Source of the DNA: the human T2T-CHM13v2.0 reference genome, Homo sapiens
NCBI RefSeq assembly: GCF_009914755.1
Contig: NC_060929.1
DNA length: 64,000 bases
Direction: 5' to 3' (one strand)
The notes beneath the pieces are model-generated. The model was not told where the DNA came from. It searched no databases and worked only from the letters and a program-made list of their open reading frames with translations. A program made the translations under genes and the position numbers. Of this stretch, positions 1 to 14,538 are shown piece by piece (the first letter of the stretch is position 1; the number at the start of each line of letters is the position of its first letter).

Positions 1-1851
1 TAATCTACTTCCTTGTGATGATAATAAGGTTCTGTTTAACATTAGATCTGTCAGTGAGCAGATAAAGGAAAGAATCTAAATAAGATTCACTTTCAATAAG
101 CTCGGAGTAGTCTATGGATTAGGATTTATACCTCCATTCTACTGAATATGTGGATCAGTTCTAAGAGAGAAAATATTATGAAAATAAGACATCAAAGGTT
201 GATGCCTTAAGGGCTAAAGAAATACAGGCAACTCAGAAAATGAATAGCATTTGAATTTATACTCGGGGAGGAAAAAAAGGACTTCAAAGAACAGTCATAT
301 TTATTCACTAGATTAAGGCAGACATTTTTCCAGTACAAAGTCTGTGACACAATTCTTCACCCCTGTCCAATCCCAGCCTCCATTTTCAAATATCTTGGCC
401 ATGCAGCAGTTTCTTTTCAAACGAAATGAAACAAAACAAAACTTTATTATTTTATTGAAATTCTAGTCACTTCCTTCACAAACTCCCAATAACTCAGTGT
501 ATTTATTCCTCTATAAAGTAAGTGCAGATCAGAAGAATGAGTTATACACCAGGTTGGCCGTCTTCGCTGGGAAGATGGTTAGGTCAGCTTGAAGTGAAGT
601 CAGTAGTTGTGGTTTACTCTATGTCTATGTCTGGCACTGCGCAGTGAGCCTCTGTTCTTAAAGGAATCTTATTTTAATCTTCTTGGGAAGGCAAGACATT
701 CATACTTGAAACAACTATTAAATGATGCAAAACAACTTACAATTAAATGTAAATTACACGGTGGAGACATCAAATGCTACAGGAATTAAAAGAAATGAAG
801 AAAAGATGTTTCAGCTGTTGTGTGGGATTACAGCAATATGTTGTAACTGGGTGGGAGACTATTAAGAGACTCCTGATAGGGAATGTGCATCCAGTACATC
901 TTCTTCTTGACCACATTCAGAGTCCCGCATAGAGATTTCTGGAAGAGCGTGGGAGCTGCTTCAGAACAAAGCCAATGTCTTGAGAAGGACCATGGATCTA
1001 CGGTGATGTTTGAAGAGCAAGATTAAAATGTATACTGTATCCCTATGACCATTTGCTCCTACAAATCACAGGTTATTAATTGATTATAACTAGTAACACA
1101 CATAACAGTCTACTTCTAAAGGACTTTTACCAAACATTACTATTAATAACTTTTGCTGAAGGATGTTCATTAATTCACACAGTAACTACTCATAGGTCAG
1201 CTCTCCACCAAGGAGGCACAGAGAGGTGCTCATAATCATGAAACTTTCAAATTGTATTAAAGTCGGGACCCCCCAGGAATACCCATCTGACTTACACTTA
1301 TATCTAATCAAGGTCAGCCACTTTGAAATCTCCATGGTCTCTAACCTTTTAGGATCTTTTCTTTCAAAATTTAATGAGCAGCTCAAATCCATATCTTTTA
1401 TTTATCATAGAACCCAAACATCCGGGCTTCAATAATGCTTCTGCATTTTTGAAAAAAAAAAAATATCGAGTCAAGGAGCATTTATTCCAGTGTGAGTCTT
1501 CTGCCAACTGCTACCCTACTGACCCACCCCTCATTTACAAGGGCCCCTTCTTTACTCTTAGCTCCTCACAGTATATTACAATTGCTTCCCCAAGGCAGGA
1601 ACTGCACCTTTTATTGCCATAATATTATACCAAATGTCATCTCTGTGCATAACACGTTATGTATGCAACATGTTTGTTGAAATAGCCGAATTGTTTCACT
1701 AGTTATCTGATAGTTTAACTACTCAGGCCAATGGTCAAGTCACTCTTGTCTGGGCCCTAGCAACTCTCTGCATGATGCATATTGGACCTTGAAGTCCTTT
1801 CAAGATGAACTACACAGACTGGTGACATATTCAAAAATGGTGTGTATTTGA

Positions 1852-2164
<313 letters not shown>

Positions 2165-2550
2165 TAATTATTGTTAAACTGATTTCAACTCATATTATCT
2201 GGCTCAAAGTCATTCAACTCGACATGTGGAAATATTATGTTTTGAATCATTATGTGCTAATACCTTTAGTTATTGTCTTCTTTTTAAAATGAGAAAATAA
2301 AATATGATTTACACATATATAGGAAAGAAGAGTAAGTTAACTTTTTAAAAAGTCAACTTTTGTTACTATGAACTTGCTGGTTTACATGTATTATGCATTC
2401 CATCCTCCCAACAACCCTAGAAGGTAGGGGCATCTGGGAAATGAAAGGCTGAAAGTAAATAATATGAGATTATATAGCCAAGAATGGTAAAGCCAGGATT
2501 CAACTCAGGCCATTTTTCCAGAGTCTTAGTGTATAACTGCCAATCCCTAC

Positions 2551-2860
2551 TTCATTCATAATTTCATTTAATAAATGTCCATCAAATGACTACTATAATT
2601 GGGCACTTATTCTAGGGATACATCAATGACTACACATCCTGGCCCACATGGAGCTTACATTCTATTGAAGGGAGACAGACAATAAGCAATATCTTAATAT
2701 ACATTATACAGCATGAAAAAAAGTGACAAGTGCTATGAAATTCATTGATGTGGAAAGAGAGGGTAAGAATGGCGCTAGTGGAGAGGAATGCATTTGCAAT
2801 GGTAAATAGGATGTTCAGGGAAGGCCTTGTTGGAAAAGTAAGTACATCTAAGCAATGATC
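2551..2860 (-). mobile_element. L2 3' fragment
   Basis: TTCATTCA... start followed by the L2-like GGAGCTTACATTCTA...GGGAGACAGACAATAAGCAA; boundaries approximate. Confidence 0.65.
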
Positions 2861-3729
2861 TGAGTTATACTTTAACACATTTATTTGATGAGAAACCAGT
2901 AAAAGTTGAGAATACAATAGAGCAAAAAACTGCAGGAAAATACTGAAGCTCTTGGTTTTTATAAGGTATTTATTCCAGTCTCATACTTTAGTCAAACTTG
3001 CACATGTTTTGTCACTTGTATTATTTTTTTAAGTTCCTTGACCGGAATAACTGTGCTTCACACAGCTTTAAATCCTTCCATAGTGCTTAGAAGAGTGGCT
3101 GTCACAACAGAAAGTATCTGTTGAAGGAATGAAGGACTAATGGAAAGAGATACACATATGAGAAGTAAAAAACAGAAAAAAGACCACATCAATAGTTACA
3201 ATCACTGGTAAGAAAACCCCAAAATAGATCTAGTCTAGAAAATAAATTCAAGGAAGAGTACTTTCTGATCATGGTAATGAAACTGAGAGAAGATATTTGG
3301 GAATAGAAAGAGAGTAGTTTTGCTAATCTTGAGGATGAGAAAGTTGAATAAGAAAGCCTTCCTGATGGGGAGTAATTTGGGGTGAATCTAAATTAAAGGC
3401 CACACTGAGCAGACTGAATAAAGTTATTCATCCATTGAATCAGCATTTACTGTGAGCCACCTAAGTACTAGGCACTAGAGGAAAATTCATTAATAGATAG
3501 TCCCTGAATTTATGTGCTTATATTCTACAAGAGACAGCTATTAAATAAAAAAGTTACATAATCAATTAATTATAATTGTGTTAAATGCTATAAAAGAGGC
3601 ACATAGAGGGCCAAAGGGGCTTAATCTTTCTGGGGGTACCAGGAAGGAGAACCTGAGACCTGAAGGGCAAGTGTGTGGGGGTGGGAGTGGAATAACAGGA
3701 ACTTTCTATGTTCTATGTACTATAGGTAT

Positions 3730-3930
3730 TCAATGAATATCTATCAAGAATTGTTATGTTCCTGCACTACATACACCAACACTTACCATCTCATTTACTC
3801 TTCAAAGCAAACCAATGAACAAAGTTTCACTATGCTCATTTAACAGAAGAGAAAATTGAGGCTCAGAGAGATAAAATATCTTGACCAAGGTCACACAGGT
3901 TGTGAGCCAAGATTCCAGTCCAAACCTGTT
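3730..3930 (-). mobile_element. MIR
   Basis: MIR core GAGAAAATTGAGGCTCAGAGAG...CCAAGGTCACACAG. Confidence 0.65.
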
Positions 3931-6879
3931 CAGGATTTTCCCATATCAGTCAAGTGTCAGGCAACCTGTTACCAAGATCTCTGCTATTCTGATGAGTTGT
4001 TATTATGTACTTGCTAAGAAACAACAGCCTAGGTAGGGGCTCAGAGTTGATTCAGGTCAGGGCAGGTTGATATCAGCTAGAATAACCAATGAAAAGCCCT
4101 GTTGAATTGTCCCAATGGATCTAGCCCTTGGTCCTACTTGATGTAACAAACTTTCCTGCCTTTATTTACTGATTTTATGCAGTGGACAAATACTGAAGCT
4201 CTATAGACATCAGTTTCAGCATTGTGAACATGAAAATGAATTATACATGCTCCTCTCTCAAGCAGTTTAGTCTAGTGAAGATTCAGACCCATAAAATAAA
4301 TGGAGTTTAATATGGCAAATGTTACAAAAATATTACAAAAACAGTATAGAAAGCATTCATCCCACTATAAGAGGCTCCTAATTTTGCCTGAAGTCTTCTA
4401 AAAGAAACTGGACTTTGGCTTGGAGGTTAAATGGAGCCACAGGATATTAAGCAGAGGGATGGAGAAAAGCATTCTCTTTAGGGACAAGATAAAGTCTGCC
4501 ATGTTTTTCAAACAGCAAAATGTTGGTTGGCTGAGATGTATCTGAGTGTGTTGAAGGCGAGGGAAATGGCCCTGTTCCCACTTAAGCAGATCACATAGTA
4601 ATCATCTTGACCCCGGACTTTCTACATTGCATGGATATTTGAGAAGTTGACTATGTTGTGGTTTACTTTCTGGCATGAGCGCTTTAAAACTATTACCCAA
4701 CATGAAGGGTCAAGCAGAAGGAAAGAGATCTGAAGCACCACCACATACACCCACATTCAATCCTATTACAGCAAACTTTACCTGTAAACTGACTTGTTTA
4801 AAAACATTAGAACACTAAATGTAAAAAGAATGACAGCCCACACATAGTGCTTAGAGATATTTTTTCTATTTATTTATTTATTTGAGGTTGAAAGATAGCA
4901 AGAACATGAAGAAATGGAATTTGCGTGACAGTCCCAAAGCAAATCTATTCAGAAGAAAACCATAATTACATATGCAGCTCTCTTGACAGGGATGACAGCA
5001 GTGAATCAACATTCTGCGCTGAAGACCTAAGTCAATATGCATTTGATTCAAAAAACTACCTTCATTAGCACAGACTATCATTAGTGATCACAGATCTATA
5101 TAAGGCTGAAAAACCTAATCTCTGTGTCTCTGAAAACTGCAAAACCACCTTAGCAGTTGCCTAATTTCCCTGAGAGTGGAGGTTTCACTTGGCCATTGGG
5201 CTCAAGAGGCCTTAAAGTGGGCAATTAGCTTGCTGGATTATGCAGTGTACTTTGTACCTCTTCATTACATTTTCCACCAGGCTTGAGTCGAACAGAAGAG
5301 CTTACAATGTCAATGACTTTGACCATTTGAGATTTTGAAGCAGAATTTCTTAACCTTTTCATTTCTACTGTTTCTCAATTGATCTACAGCTGGGGAAATG
5401 TAATTCTCTCATAATTCTGTTAAAAAATTATATTAATAGTTCCATGGAACACACAGAAGCAGGTATGTTAAATTATCAAATTGAATTTGAGAGGGGAGAA
5501 ATAAGAATCAGAAATTATGTAAATTAACAATTTAACATACTCAATGTGGCAATAAATTATAGCTTCATAGCTGGTGGTTATAAGTACGTCAACAATTAAA
5601 AGAAAAATAATAAAATAAAAAGAGTTAGCTCTCTGGCCACATCTTCCAAAATTATATAAAATAGAATCATGACTTATTGGATCCCCAAATCATTTTTAAA
5701 TTATAGAATCAGCTTTTCCTGTGGGGGTCTTCTATTAAAAAGATGGTATTAAGACTGCAGGAAATTAAGAATGCAGGCTTTGGAGCTAGAAATGTCTGGT
5801 TCAAACACAAGCAGACCTGAGTGTCCAAGAAGTGGTAGCTATATATAATTATGATGGTGGTGGAGGTAATGGTGACTGCAGTGACCTAAACAAAAAAGAG
5901 GAAGATAGAAATGATGATTTGGTGATCAAAGATCAATGGAACCTTTGTTTATGGACACTGACTTTTGTCATTTTTCTGATAAGTACTTAAGAACCAATAA
6001 TATAAAATAGGGACTATTTTACACCTCTTTTTCAACCTGTAGCAAAAAGGTATTTATTTTTTCAAAATCTTATCAAGGTCAGATTGATGCCAATTAAGTA
6101 TCAGTATATCCCTCATTTCAGTCACCATCTACTAGTTAGATCCAATTTAGATAGTCTACCTCCTAAGAGAATCTTAATAGCTTCATTTGCACAGGAATGA
6201 TAGACTATTGATCAGACAGCCTCAGGCAGGATCCCTTTAGTTTGAGTAGATAGATTTAATCTAATAGTGCATTGAAAATCTAATAGCTGGTCTCCTGGGA
6301 TCCCTGGTCACAAATTTTAATACCCTGCACAATGAAATTGCATAACCATTACTGAACTCTATCCTGTTGCCAACTAGGAATATCTAGAAAACCAATAAAA
6401 GGAAGAACAAAACATTCAGAACTGCAGGGCTGTGTGATTACAGTCTCTATTGTTTCTGGTTTAAAGTGAAATCAATTAATTGCAAACACAATTAAAGTAA
6501 CTTTGCAGTAGTTGGCTAAATAGAAAAACATTTTGTGGTATTATTATTTTACCAACAACCCAACTTTGGCCTATCATACCTATGACACTTTTATTTTCCT
6601 TCTATAAATCATGCCACAAAGGTTAAAAAATTAAATAACGACATAGGCCTTTTATTACAATCAAAATGGGTAAGAATGTGACTTTGCAGAGATTAAATAA
6701 AACAGCTATCTCTTCATGATTCACATTTATTGAATACCAAAAATAATATGGGAGAAAAAAATCACGTAGATTTCACACCTAATAAATGAACAAAGAAGGA
6801 GAATAAGTGTATAGATATCTTATATAAATGTATAGGCATATTTACTTATCTATTTACATGTATTTACATGCTAGATTTC

Positions 6880-7760
6880 CCCACCAATGCCATGGACAGA
6901 ACCTCAATCCCCTTATTACTTCCAAAATTTACACTGCCTATCCCCAAACCTCACCTTCTTTGGTCTTATTTATCAATTACCAATATCTACTCAGTAAATG
7001 ACTGGTCCCCTTCTCCAGTTGCATTCAGTTCACATGCCAATCATATCCACTAAACATTTATGAAATTAGCATTCTCCTCTCAATCCCGTAGAATCACAAA
7101 GCTAGCTCAAGCCTATGTGATGTTTTGCCCAAGCCACAGCAGGAGCCACCTTTTACATTCCCAGCCTTCAATCTTGCCACTTACATATTTATTCTCCATT
7201 CAGCCCCTAGAATCTGATCTTGTCACATAATTGCTTGGAATGCTTCATGGTTTGAGGATGAACCCAAAGTCCTTAACCTGGCTCACAAGGTCCCCAGAAC
7301 CTAAACCTTATTTATCTCCAGGCTCATGTCTTGTCACTGAACTACTAAATCATCCCTTCATCACAAATACCATGGGATTCCTTGCATCAGTGTCTCTGTT
7401 CCTGCTATTCCTCTCTCCCTGAAATGCTCTTCCCATTCCTCTCTCCACCCTACATTCATTCTTTAAGACTCAGTTTAGGTCACACTTTTCACCCCAGAAA
7501 AGGTTAGGTTCTGCTTTTTGCCACTCCCATAAAATCTTCTGCATAGTGCTAATCACGGCACTCACTACACATTTTCCCTGATAATCTACGTAAATATTTG
7601 CTTCCCCTGCTCCAATTTGAACTACTTTAATCTAAATTCCCTGAGAAAAGGTTATTATTTGTATTATTTATGTTAGTGTCTTCAGTATACCTAGAACATA
7701 GTACTGTAGATACCCATACAGGTTTTGTTAAATGAGTGAATGAGTGAGTGAGTGAATGAA
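6880..7760 (+). mobile_element. L2 3' portion
   Basis: Degenerate L2 body ending in the diagnostic TTGTTAAATGAGTGAATGAGTGAGTGAGTGAATGAATG tail. Confidence 0.7.
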
Positions 7761-8384
7761 TGCTTTTCTCTAGAACAATTAATACTGAAAAGCAAATGTA
7801 AGCACAATGGAGAAAATGCCATTCCTTAGAATTCAAGAATGAGTGTGAGGGATAAGCCCAAGGAGTTTCACAATTATGGAAAGTCACACTCAGATAGTGA
7901 GAATAGAAGTGCTGGTTGTGGAAGGTGAAGACTCCAAGAGGAGCAACACAGAGGTGAGGAGATGGTACCAGCAAGACAAGAAGGCTGTGTGGTGCATAGT
8001 TGATGTGAATCTTCTTCACAACTTCTCAAAGCTTTAGTACAGTTCACACATGCTATGTGTTCTTGGATCCCTTGTGAAAAACAGCTCAATTCCTCTACAG
8101 CTTTGCATCCAGACCTGAGGCCCAGCAGAAGGTAAAAACATATAAGATGGACACAGAGTTCTGGAGGCAGAGAGTGGCATAAAGGTGTCAGGTGTGGCAC
8201 TAACATAGAGGTCATGGCAAAAGTTAATCACATTTCCAAGGGCCAAGAAAGCACTGGTCAATAGAAATATGACAGAAAAGAATGAAGAGGGAAGCTAGGT
8301 GAAAGAGGTTTTCATACATCAACAGCAACATCACCTGGAAACAATTTTTGATTAGTTAGGCACTTACTAATTATTCCCTGCTTT

Positions 8385-8677
<293 letters not shown>

Positions 8678-8745
8678 AATTATTCCCTACTTTTAAAATA
8701 AATTATAATCGTGCTGAGAGAATAAAAAAATTAAAGGAAAGAGTT

Positions 8746-8806
8746 CAGTGAGCCGTGATCATGCAACTGCACTCCAGCCTGCTCAACAGACAACAAACAA
8801 ACAAAG
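8746..8806 (+). mobile_element. Alu 3'-end fragment
   Basis: CAGTGAGCCGTGATCATGCAACTGCACTCCAGCCTG followed by a (CAAA)n tail. Confidence 0.75.
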
Positions 8807-8829
8807 TTATCATTCAAAATGTTTCCCAT

Positions 8830-9118
8830 GGCCAGATGCAGTAGCTCCTACCTCTAATACCTGTAATGCCCGCACTTTGGGAGGCCAAGGCAGGAAGATG
8901 GCTTGAGTCCAGGAATTTGTGACCAGCCTGGGCAACATGGCGAAACCTCATCTCTACAAAAAATACAAAAATTAGCTGGGTGTTGTGGCACATGCCTGTA
9001 ATTCCAGCTACTTGAGAGGCTGAGGTGGGAGGATCACCTGAGCCAGGAGAGGTCAAGGTTGCAGTGAGCCATGATGGTGCCACTGCACTCCAGCCTGGGC
9101 AACAGAGTGAGACCCTGT

Positions 9119-9147
<29 letters not shown>
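8830..9147 (+). mobile_element. AluJ with long A tail
   Basis: GGCC start; J-type GAGGTCAAGGTTGCAGTGAGCCATGAT; poly-A at 9122-9147; small TACCT(C/G)TAA duplication near the 5' end. Confidence 0.92.
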
Positions 9148-9150
<3 letters not shown>

Positions 9151-9860
9151 GACCAAAAAACAAAAACCCAAAAAGCCAAAATGCATCCAAGTATCATAAG
9201 TGAAAAAGTGAGCTTCTTAGCAGCCAATATGCAAAGGGAACATAATCTCTTACACAGTTTGGAATTACTCAGAAAACGTGGAACTGTCTTCAATCCTAAA
9301 GCGTCACATAGAAATGTTCCCTGAGTCTCACTGGGACAACACACTGAGCAATAGCTTTACCAGAATGTTTTGTGAATATGGTATGATATCAAGAGTAATA
9401 AAGTTATTTTGGAAAAAAATAACTTTAGAATAATCACTTAAAAGTCTGCTGTTTTTGACCATAATTGCACATGGATATATTGCCTTATATAAACTACAAA
9501 GAATTGTCTATTTCACATCACATTTTACAACTTACATTGCAAACCTCACTTCAGCCTTGAGGTACAACTATCAATAAAAGAAACAGGTCTTATTTTTAAA
9601 ACTTTTTATTATTCATATCCTTGGTGACTTTCAGACAATAATTAACATGTGGTTAGTATCACCTTAATGGAGGAAGTACCTTATACTTCAAACAACCCTT
9701 ACCAAAAGAACAGATAATACATATGTATTGATACAGCATTACAAATTGATGATAATTCAAAAAGGCACCATGTAGCTTGTACTTGAGAAGGAATTTTCCC
9801 TTTGCATATTGAAGGGGGTTCTGGTGGTGTTTTCTTTGTCCCCAGCCGACTTCACAATGA

Positions 9861-9958
9861 AATGTTTCTACTTTGCACCCTTTGGGTTCAGTTGTTCAAC
9901 CAGTTACAATTAGTTAGATTAGTAACTGGTTGAACAACTGTAATCAAAGAGCACAGAT
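9861..9958 (-). ncRNA. MIR582: pre-miR-582 hairpin; miR-582-5p at 9921-9943 and miR-582-3p at 9885-9906
   Basis: Perfect 19-bp inverted repeat CAGTTGTTCAACCAGTTAC (9889-9907) / GTAACTGGTTGAACAACTG (9922-9940). The minus strand contains UUACAGUUGUUCAACCAGUUACU and UAACUGGUUGAACAACUGAACC, matching the recalled mature 5p and 3p sequences. The basal stem extends by G:U pairs only on the minus strand. Confidence 0.96.
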
Positions 9959-10050
9959 TGACTTGTTGTGGTCTACTAGAGAGAGATTTGCTAGTGGTGT
10001 TCAGCAGGGCTCTGTCTGTCCTCTTCAATGTGTGCATGAATGACTTGAAG
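9915..10050 (+). mobile_element. L3/CR1 LINE reverse-transcriptase fragment forming the right arm of the miR-582 hairpin
   Basis: From 9921 it translates SNWLNNCNQRAQIDLLWSTRERFASGVQQGSV, then after a frameshift LFNVCMNDL. This matches the CR1 RT pattern NWL..QR......S....SGVPQGSV..LFNIFINDL. Confidence 0.85.
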
Positions 10051-13000
10051 CAACATACATACATTCAAGAAAAATTCATTAAACATTGAATCATCATCTA
10101 ATATTTGCCTGCTATTATGACAGGTCCTGAGGGAACCAAGAAAATGTCAGTTACATGGCTCTGATGCAAAGCTGGGAAGAAGGAGAAGGAGTCAGAGGTA
10201 GAGGCAGAGAGAGTAAAAGAAAGAGGGAGAAAGTGAGAAAGTGAGACAGAGAAAGAGAGGGAGGCCATGTTACACAACAGGAAATGTAACACATGACCTC
10301 CAGCTCGAAAAATTTGAATAAAAAGATATTTCAAGGAGTGCGAGGGAGGTAACCCTTACAATTATTAGAATGAACATTTACTCATTGTCAACACTATGGA
10401 GCACATATTTGGGAATTCACCTTTATTTATGCCACACAATATTATGTAGGTGACAAGCTAACCCGTCGTATTTAACAATATAAACAAAAACACAAATATC
10501 CTACTTTATTAAACTGAAAGCAGAGGACTCTCATCTCCCCAAAGCCCAGGCCATTCCCTGATATTAGTAAGGATACTAGGTGAAACTCCTTCTTTCAACA
10601 TTTATTGTAATTAGTGAAAACATGCTTAATGGGACACCATCATCTACAATGATGACACCATATCTCAAATCACTAATCTTTCTGCCATGGACAGATTTCT
10701 GTATCAGGGGACACCTTTGTCATTTTGTCATCCAAATTTTGAGGATTCTTTTTCAATTCTCCAGCATTGACTGAGAATTTAAATGGTGCCAGCATTGTGC
10801 TGGAAACTGGATAAAAACTGAGATAACACACTTGAGTTCCTACTCTCAGAGAATCCACTTATTGGATTGCTTTGCTATAATTCCTGAATCCAGTGAGATT
10901 AACTGGTATTTTCTGTTGTTCAAAAAACTACTTTTCCCCTTTTTGTACAGATCAGCAATAAACATTTACATCGAGATTGTGTGGTGTCCATGAACAAGGC
11001 ATTCAGTAGGGTCCAAGTCTAGACTTGAATGGCGTCTCTCACATTTTTGACTAAGAGACAATGTAGACATAAAAGTATCATAATCCAACTTACATACAAA
11101 ATGGAAAAAATGGAACCAGAACACCTTAAAATGTTTCCTTTGAAATATGTGTGTGTTTCCATCAGGTTTATTTTAGTTCTCTAAAACTCTGTAATACTGA
11201 ATACTCCAACTACCAATATTAGTCAAAGCTGTTTAAAACCAGCCTTCCCTTATTTACAAAAGGCAGATTTTACAAGACAACTATCAGGGATAAACACAAA
11301 AAGAAATGAAAACTGTTCCATGTCTAGCAATTCGCCAGAGTAAACTGGCTGTATATTGAACACAGCTGTTTCTGTGAGGGATTTTTCTTTTTTTGGAATT
11401 TAATATTGACTGTGCTCTTGTGGCAAGAATATAGTAAATGAAAGATTGTTCCAGGCCTGAGAAGAAGAGAGGCCAGAAACAATTGTTCCCCTAGGTCCTC
11501 CCCTTCCTTAATAACCAAACTGTTGTCTGGAGCCTCCTTGAGTTAAAAGCCTACCATTTTTCATGTCAATTACACACAAACAGGACTTTTCTTGTCACCT
11601 TCCCTAAACTGAGGAAGACACAAACCCAGCAGGAAGGCAATTGTAAAGATAAATTTAAAAGTAAGAAGGCAAGCCTGAAATGCAAACATAGGAAAGAGCC
11701 TCTTATTCCCTACACTTCTCACTTTTCATGGACCATTGAAGGCTGTTTCTTACCAAATTGAATTCTTTGAAAAGAGAAACCATGACAATTTTCCCCAGGC
11801 TACGGTAAATATATTTTCTTGCACATTTAGTTTTTGTTTCATAACAATCCTAATAAAATTAGATGCTTTTAGCACCTTACTTAAATTAAGAAGACCTTTC
11901 CTGCTAATGTGCCCAGAACCTATCTGGGTTACTAATATTAATAGTTCCATTTTATCATGTACTTAACTTTGTGCCAGGAATTGTACACAGCACCCTATAC
12001 ATGTTATGGTATTTATTCTTCCCAATAGTTTGAGGGAATCATGCTTGACATAGTAATCCATTGATCACTTCTTACTTTGATCTCTACTTATCCTCTTGTA
12101 GGATCAACTATGCAAAGTGGTGGATTATAGCACAATGTTAAAGGGCAGTGCTCTGGAGTTAGATGGTCTGTATTTGAATCCTAGCTGCAGGAAGTTGGGG
12201 AAAGTACAAAATGAAGATAGTAGTGCTACCAATCTCAAAATATAAATTCTGGAGATTAAATTAGGTTTAATATGATTGTTTGGTCCATCTCTAGACTAGT
12301 ACCTTGACCACTAGTACTCTTTCAGAGATTATTTTATGTTTTCAAGAATGACAAAAACGAAATTCTATACACACCCTGATATCCCCAAAGACACTAGTGC
12401 CCTGGGGATTGGCCATGTGGGTTACTAGGTTCCATTTATTTGGTTATGGAGGATGTTCTTCACCCAAGTTAATCCTTTCACAAAAGCTCATTTTTGTTCT
12501 TTTTCCTGCAGCTTCCCTCAGAAGAAGCTGTGGCCAGTGAGGATTTCAGGGTCGCTTGTCCCCAGGTGATATGGGAGTTTCAGCTCAGGAAGTGACTAGG
12601 TTAGATGTGGGGGCAAATCAAGACCTTTTCAGCCACTAGCTTAAGGCTAACCCACCACAGACCTACCTTCTTGAACAACACTGGGAATTTGGGTAATTAA
12701 ATGCTAGGATATCAGACATGATGTGATTAAATCGAAGGGCTGAAACAAATCTGACATTCTGTGCTCAAATTATAAGGTTAGCAAATAAGAAAACTAGAAA
12801 TATCTCTCTTCTAGGCAAGAATGAGAACATAAGTCTACCCAAATGTGCTCTACAGAGGTTTCAGGTTTAGCATCTTGCTTAAGGATGATGCTTCATGGTT
12901 TAGAGAGAAATGAATTCTAGAATGTATCCTTTGCTTATAGGACATAACCCATATTTATAGAGATATTTTCAATATGGTGGAGCTAGTGGTAGGGTAGAAA

Positions 13001-13685
13001 GAACATAAAATTGACTATAAGGAAATATAAATCCTTTTCCGAGCTCCCTCTCCTTATGCACACATATATACATATTTGATAAAATAATGGCCCTGAAAAA
13101 ATATTAGAGTGGTTTTCTTAAAACCTAAAGAAAATGGTATGCACATCAGTGATGCTCAATTGCTTTTTATTATGGACAATGAAACCAAATTAGATTAATC
13201 ATAAGGCAAAATTTCAAATGAAACCAGTAATACAGACATAGTGTCTGTAAGGTTTTATAGCAGAACATCAGCAAGATAGCAGAAACTTAATGCATGAAGT
13301 AACCTCTCAACCTTGTTAAAGAATTTCTTTTATATTTCTTGATAAAATAGTTTTTGTTACAGTTAGTAACATTATTTTAAAAACTGTACGTCTTCTTAGC
13401 TGTACACAGAAGTGAGACATCACTAACCAGAGATTTCAATATAAATATCTTCAAGTAAAAATGACATAGTACATGTTCAGAGATAGCAAATGGAAAAACA
13501 GTGGATTGATTTTTATAACTCTTCGTGAATAAATTCTTTAATGCAACAAACATTTATTGAATTACTGTTTTTCTTGGCACTGAGGGGAATAAAAAATGAG
13601 AAAATACAGTCTCTGCCTTTATGGAGCTCTCAGTCTTGTGGAAACTCATCCACAAGATGGTCACATGCATATGTTGGTCTAGTCC

Positions 13686-13752
13686 CAGGCCTTAACAAAC
13701 TATGGCCCTCAGGCCACATCTAGCCCATAGCCTGTTTTTGAAATAAGATTTT
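13686..13752 (+). mobile_element. MER58A (hAT-Charlie) 5' fragment, cut off by an L1
   Basis: CAGGCCTTAACAAACTATGGCCCTCAGGCCACATCTAGCCCATAGCCTGTTTTTGAAATAAG resembles the 5' end of the complete copy at 59163. Confidence 0.7.
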
Positions 13753-14538
13753 TTTTAGGTTTTTATTTTTTTTGTTTTTGGTTCTGGGGTACATGCACGG
13801 GATGCACAGGTTTGTTACATAGGTAGATGTGTGCCACAGTGGTTGCTGAACCTATCAACCCATCACCTAGGTATTAAGACCAGCATGCATTAGCTACTTT
13901 TCCTAATACTTTCCCTCACTAAACCCCACTCCCTGACAGGCCCCAGTGTGTGTTGTTCCCCTCCCTGTGTCCATGTGATCTCATTGTTCAGCTCCCATTT
14001 ATAAGTGAGAACATTCATCCACGTCCCTGCAAAGGACATTATCTCATTCCTTTTTATGGCTGCATGGTATCCCATGGTGTGTATGTACCACATTTTCTTC
14101 AACCAGTCTATCATTGATGGGCATTTGGGTTGATTCCATGCCTTGCTATTGTGAATAGTGCTGTAATGAACATACCTGTGTATGTATCTTTGTAACAGAA
14201 TGATTTATATTCCTTTGAGTATATACTCAGTAATGTGATTGTTGGGTCAAATCCTATTTCTGGTTCTAGATCTTTGAGGAATCGCCATACAGTCTTCCAT
14301 AATGGTTGAACTAATTTACATTCCCACCAGCAGTGTAAAAGCGTTCCTACTTCTCCACAACCTCACCAGCATCTGTTGTTTCTTGACTATTTAATAATGG
14401 CCATTCTGACTGGTGTGAGATGGTATCTCATTGTGGTTTTGATTTGCATTTCTCAAATGATCAGTGATGTTGAGCTTTTTTTTCATGTTTGTTGGCTGCA
14501 TGAATGTCTTCTTTTGAGAAGTGTCTGTTCATGTCCTC
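13750..14538 (-). mobile_element. L1PA (roughly L1PA8-13) 3' UTR and ORF2 C-terminus
   Basis: T-rich tail at about 13750 and L1 3' UTR; ORF 13890-14114 (MIDWLKKMWYIHTMGYHAAIKRNEIMSFAGTWM) is the ORF2p C-terminus; internal deletion near 14013. Confidence 0.93.

Noticed and set aside
10176-10265. GA-rich purine tract near miR-582 (possible triplex)
   Set aside because: Low complexity without a convincing mirror repeat
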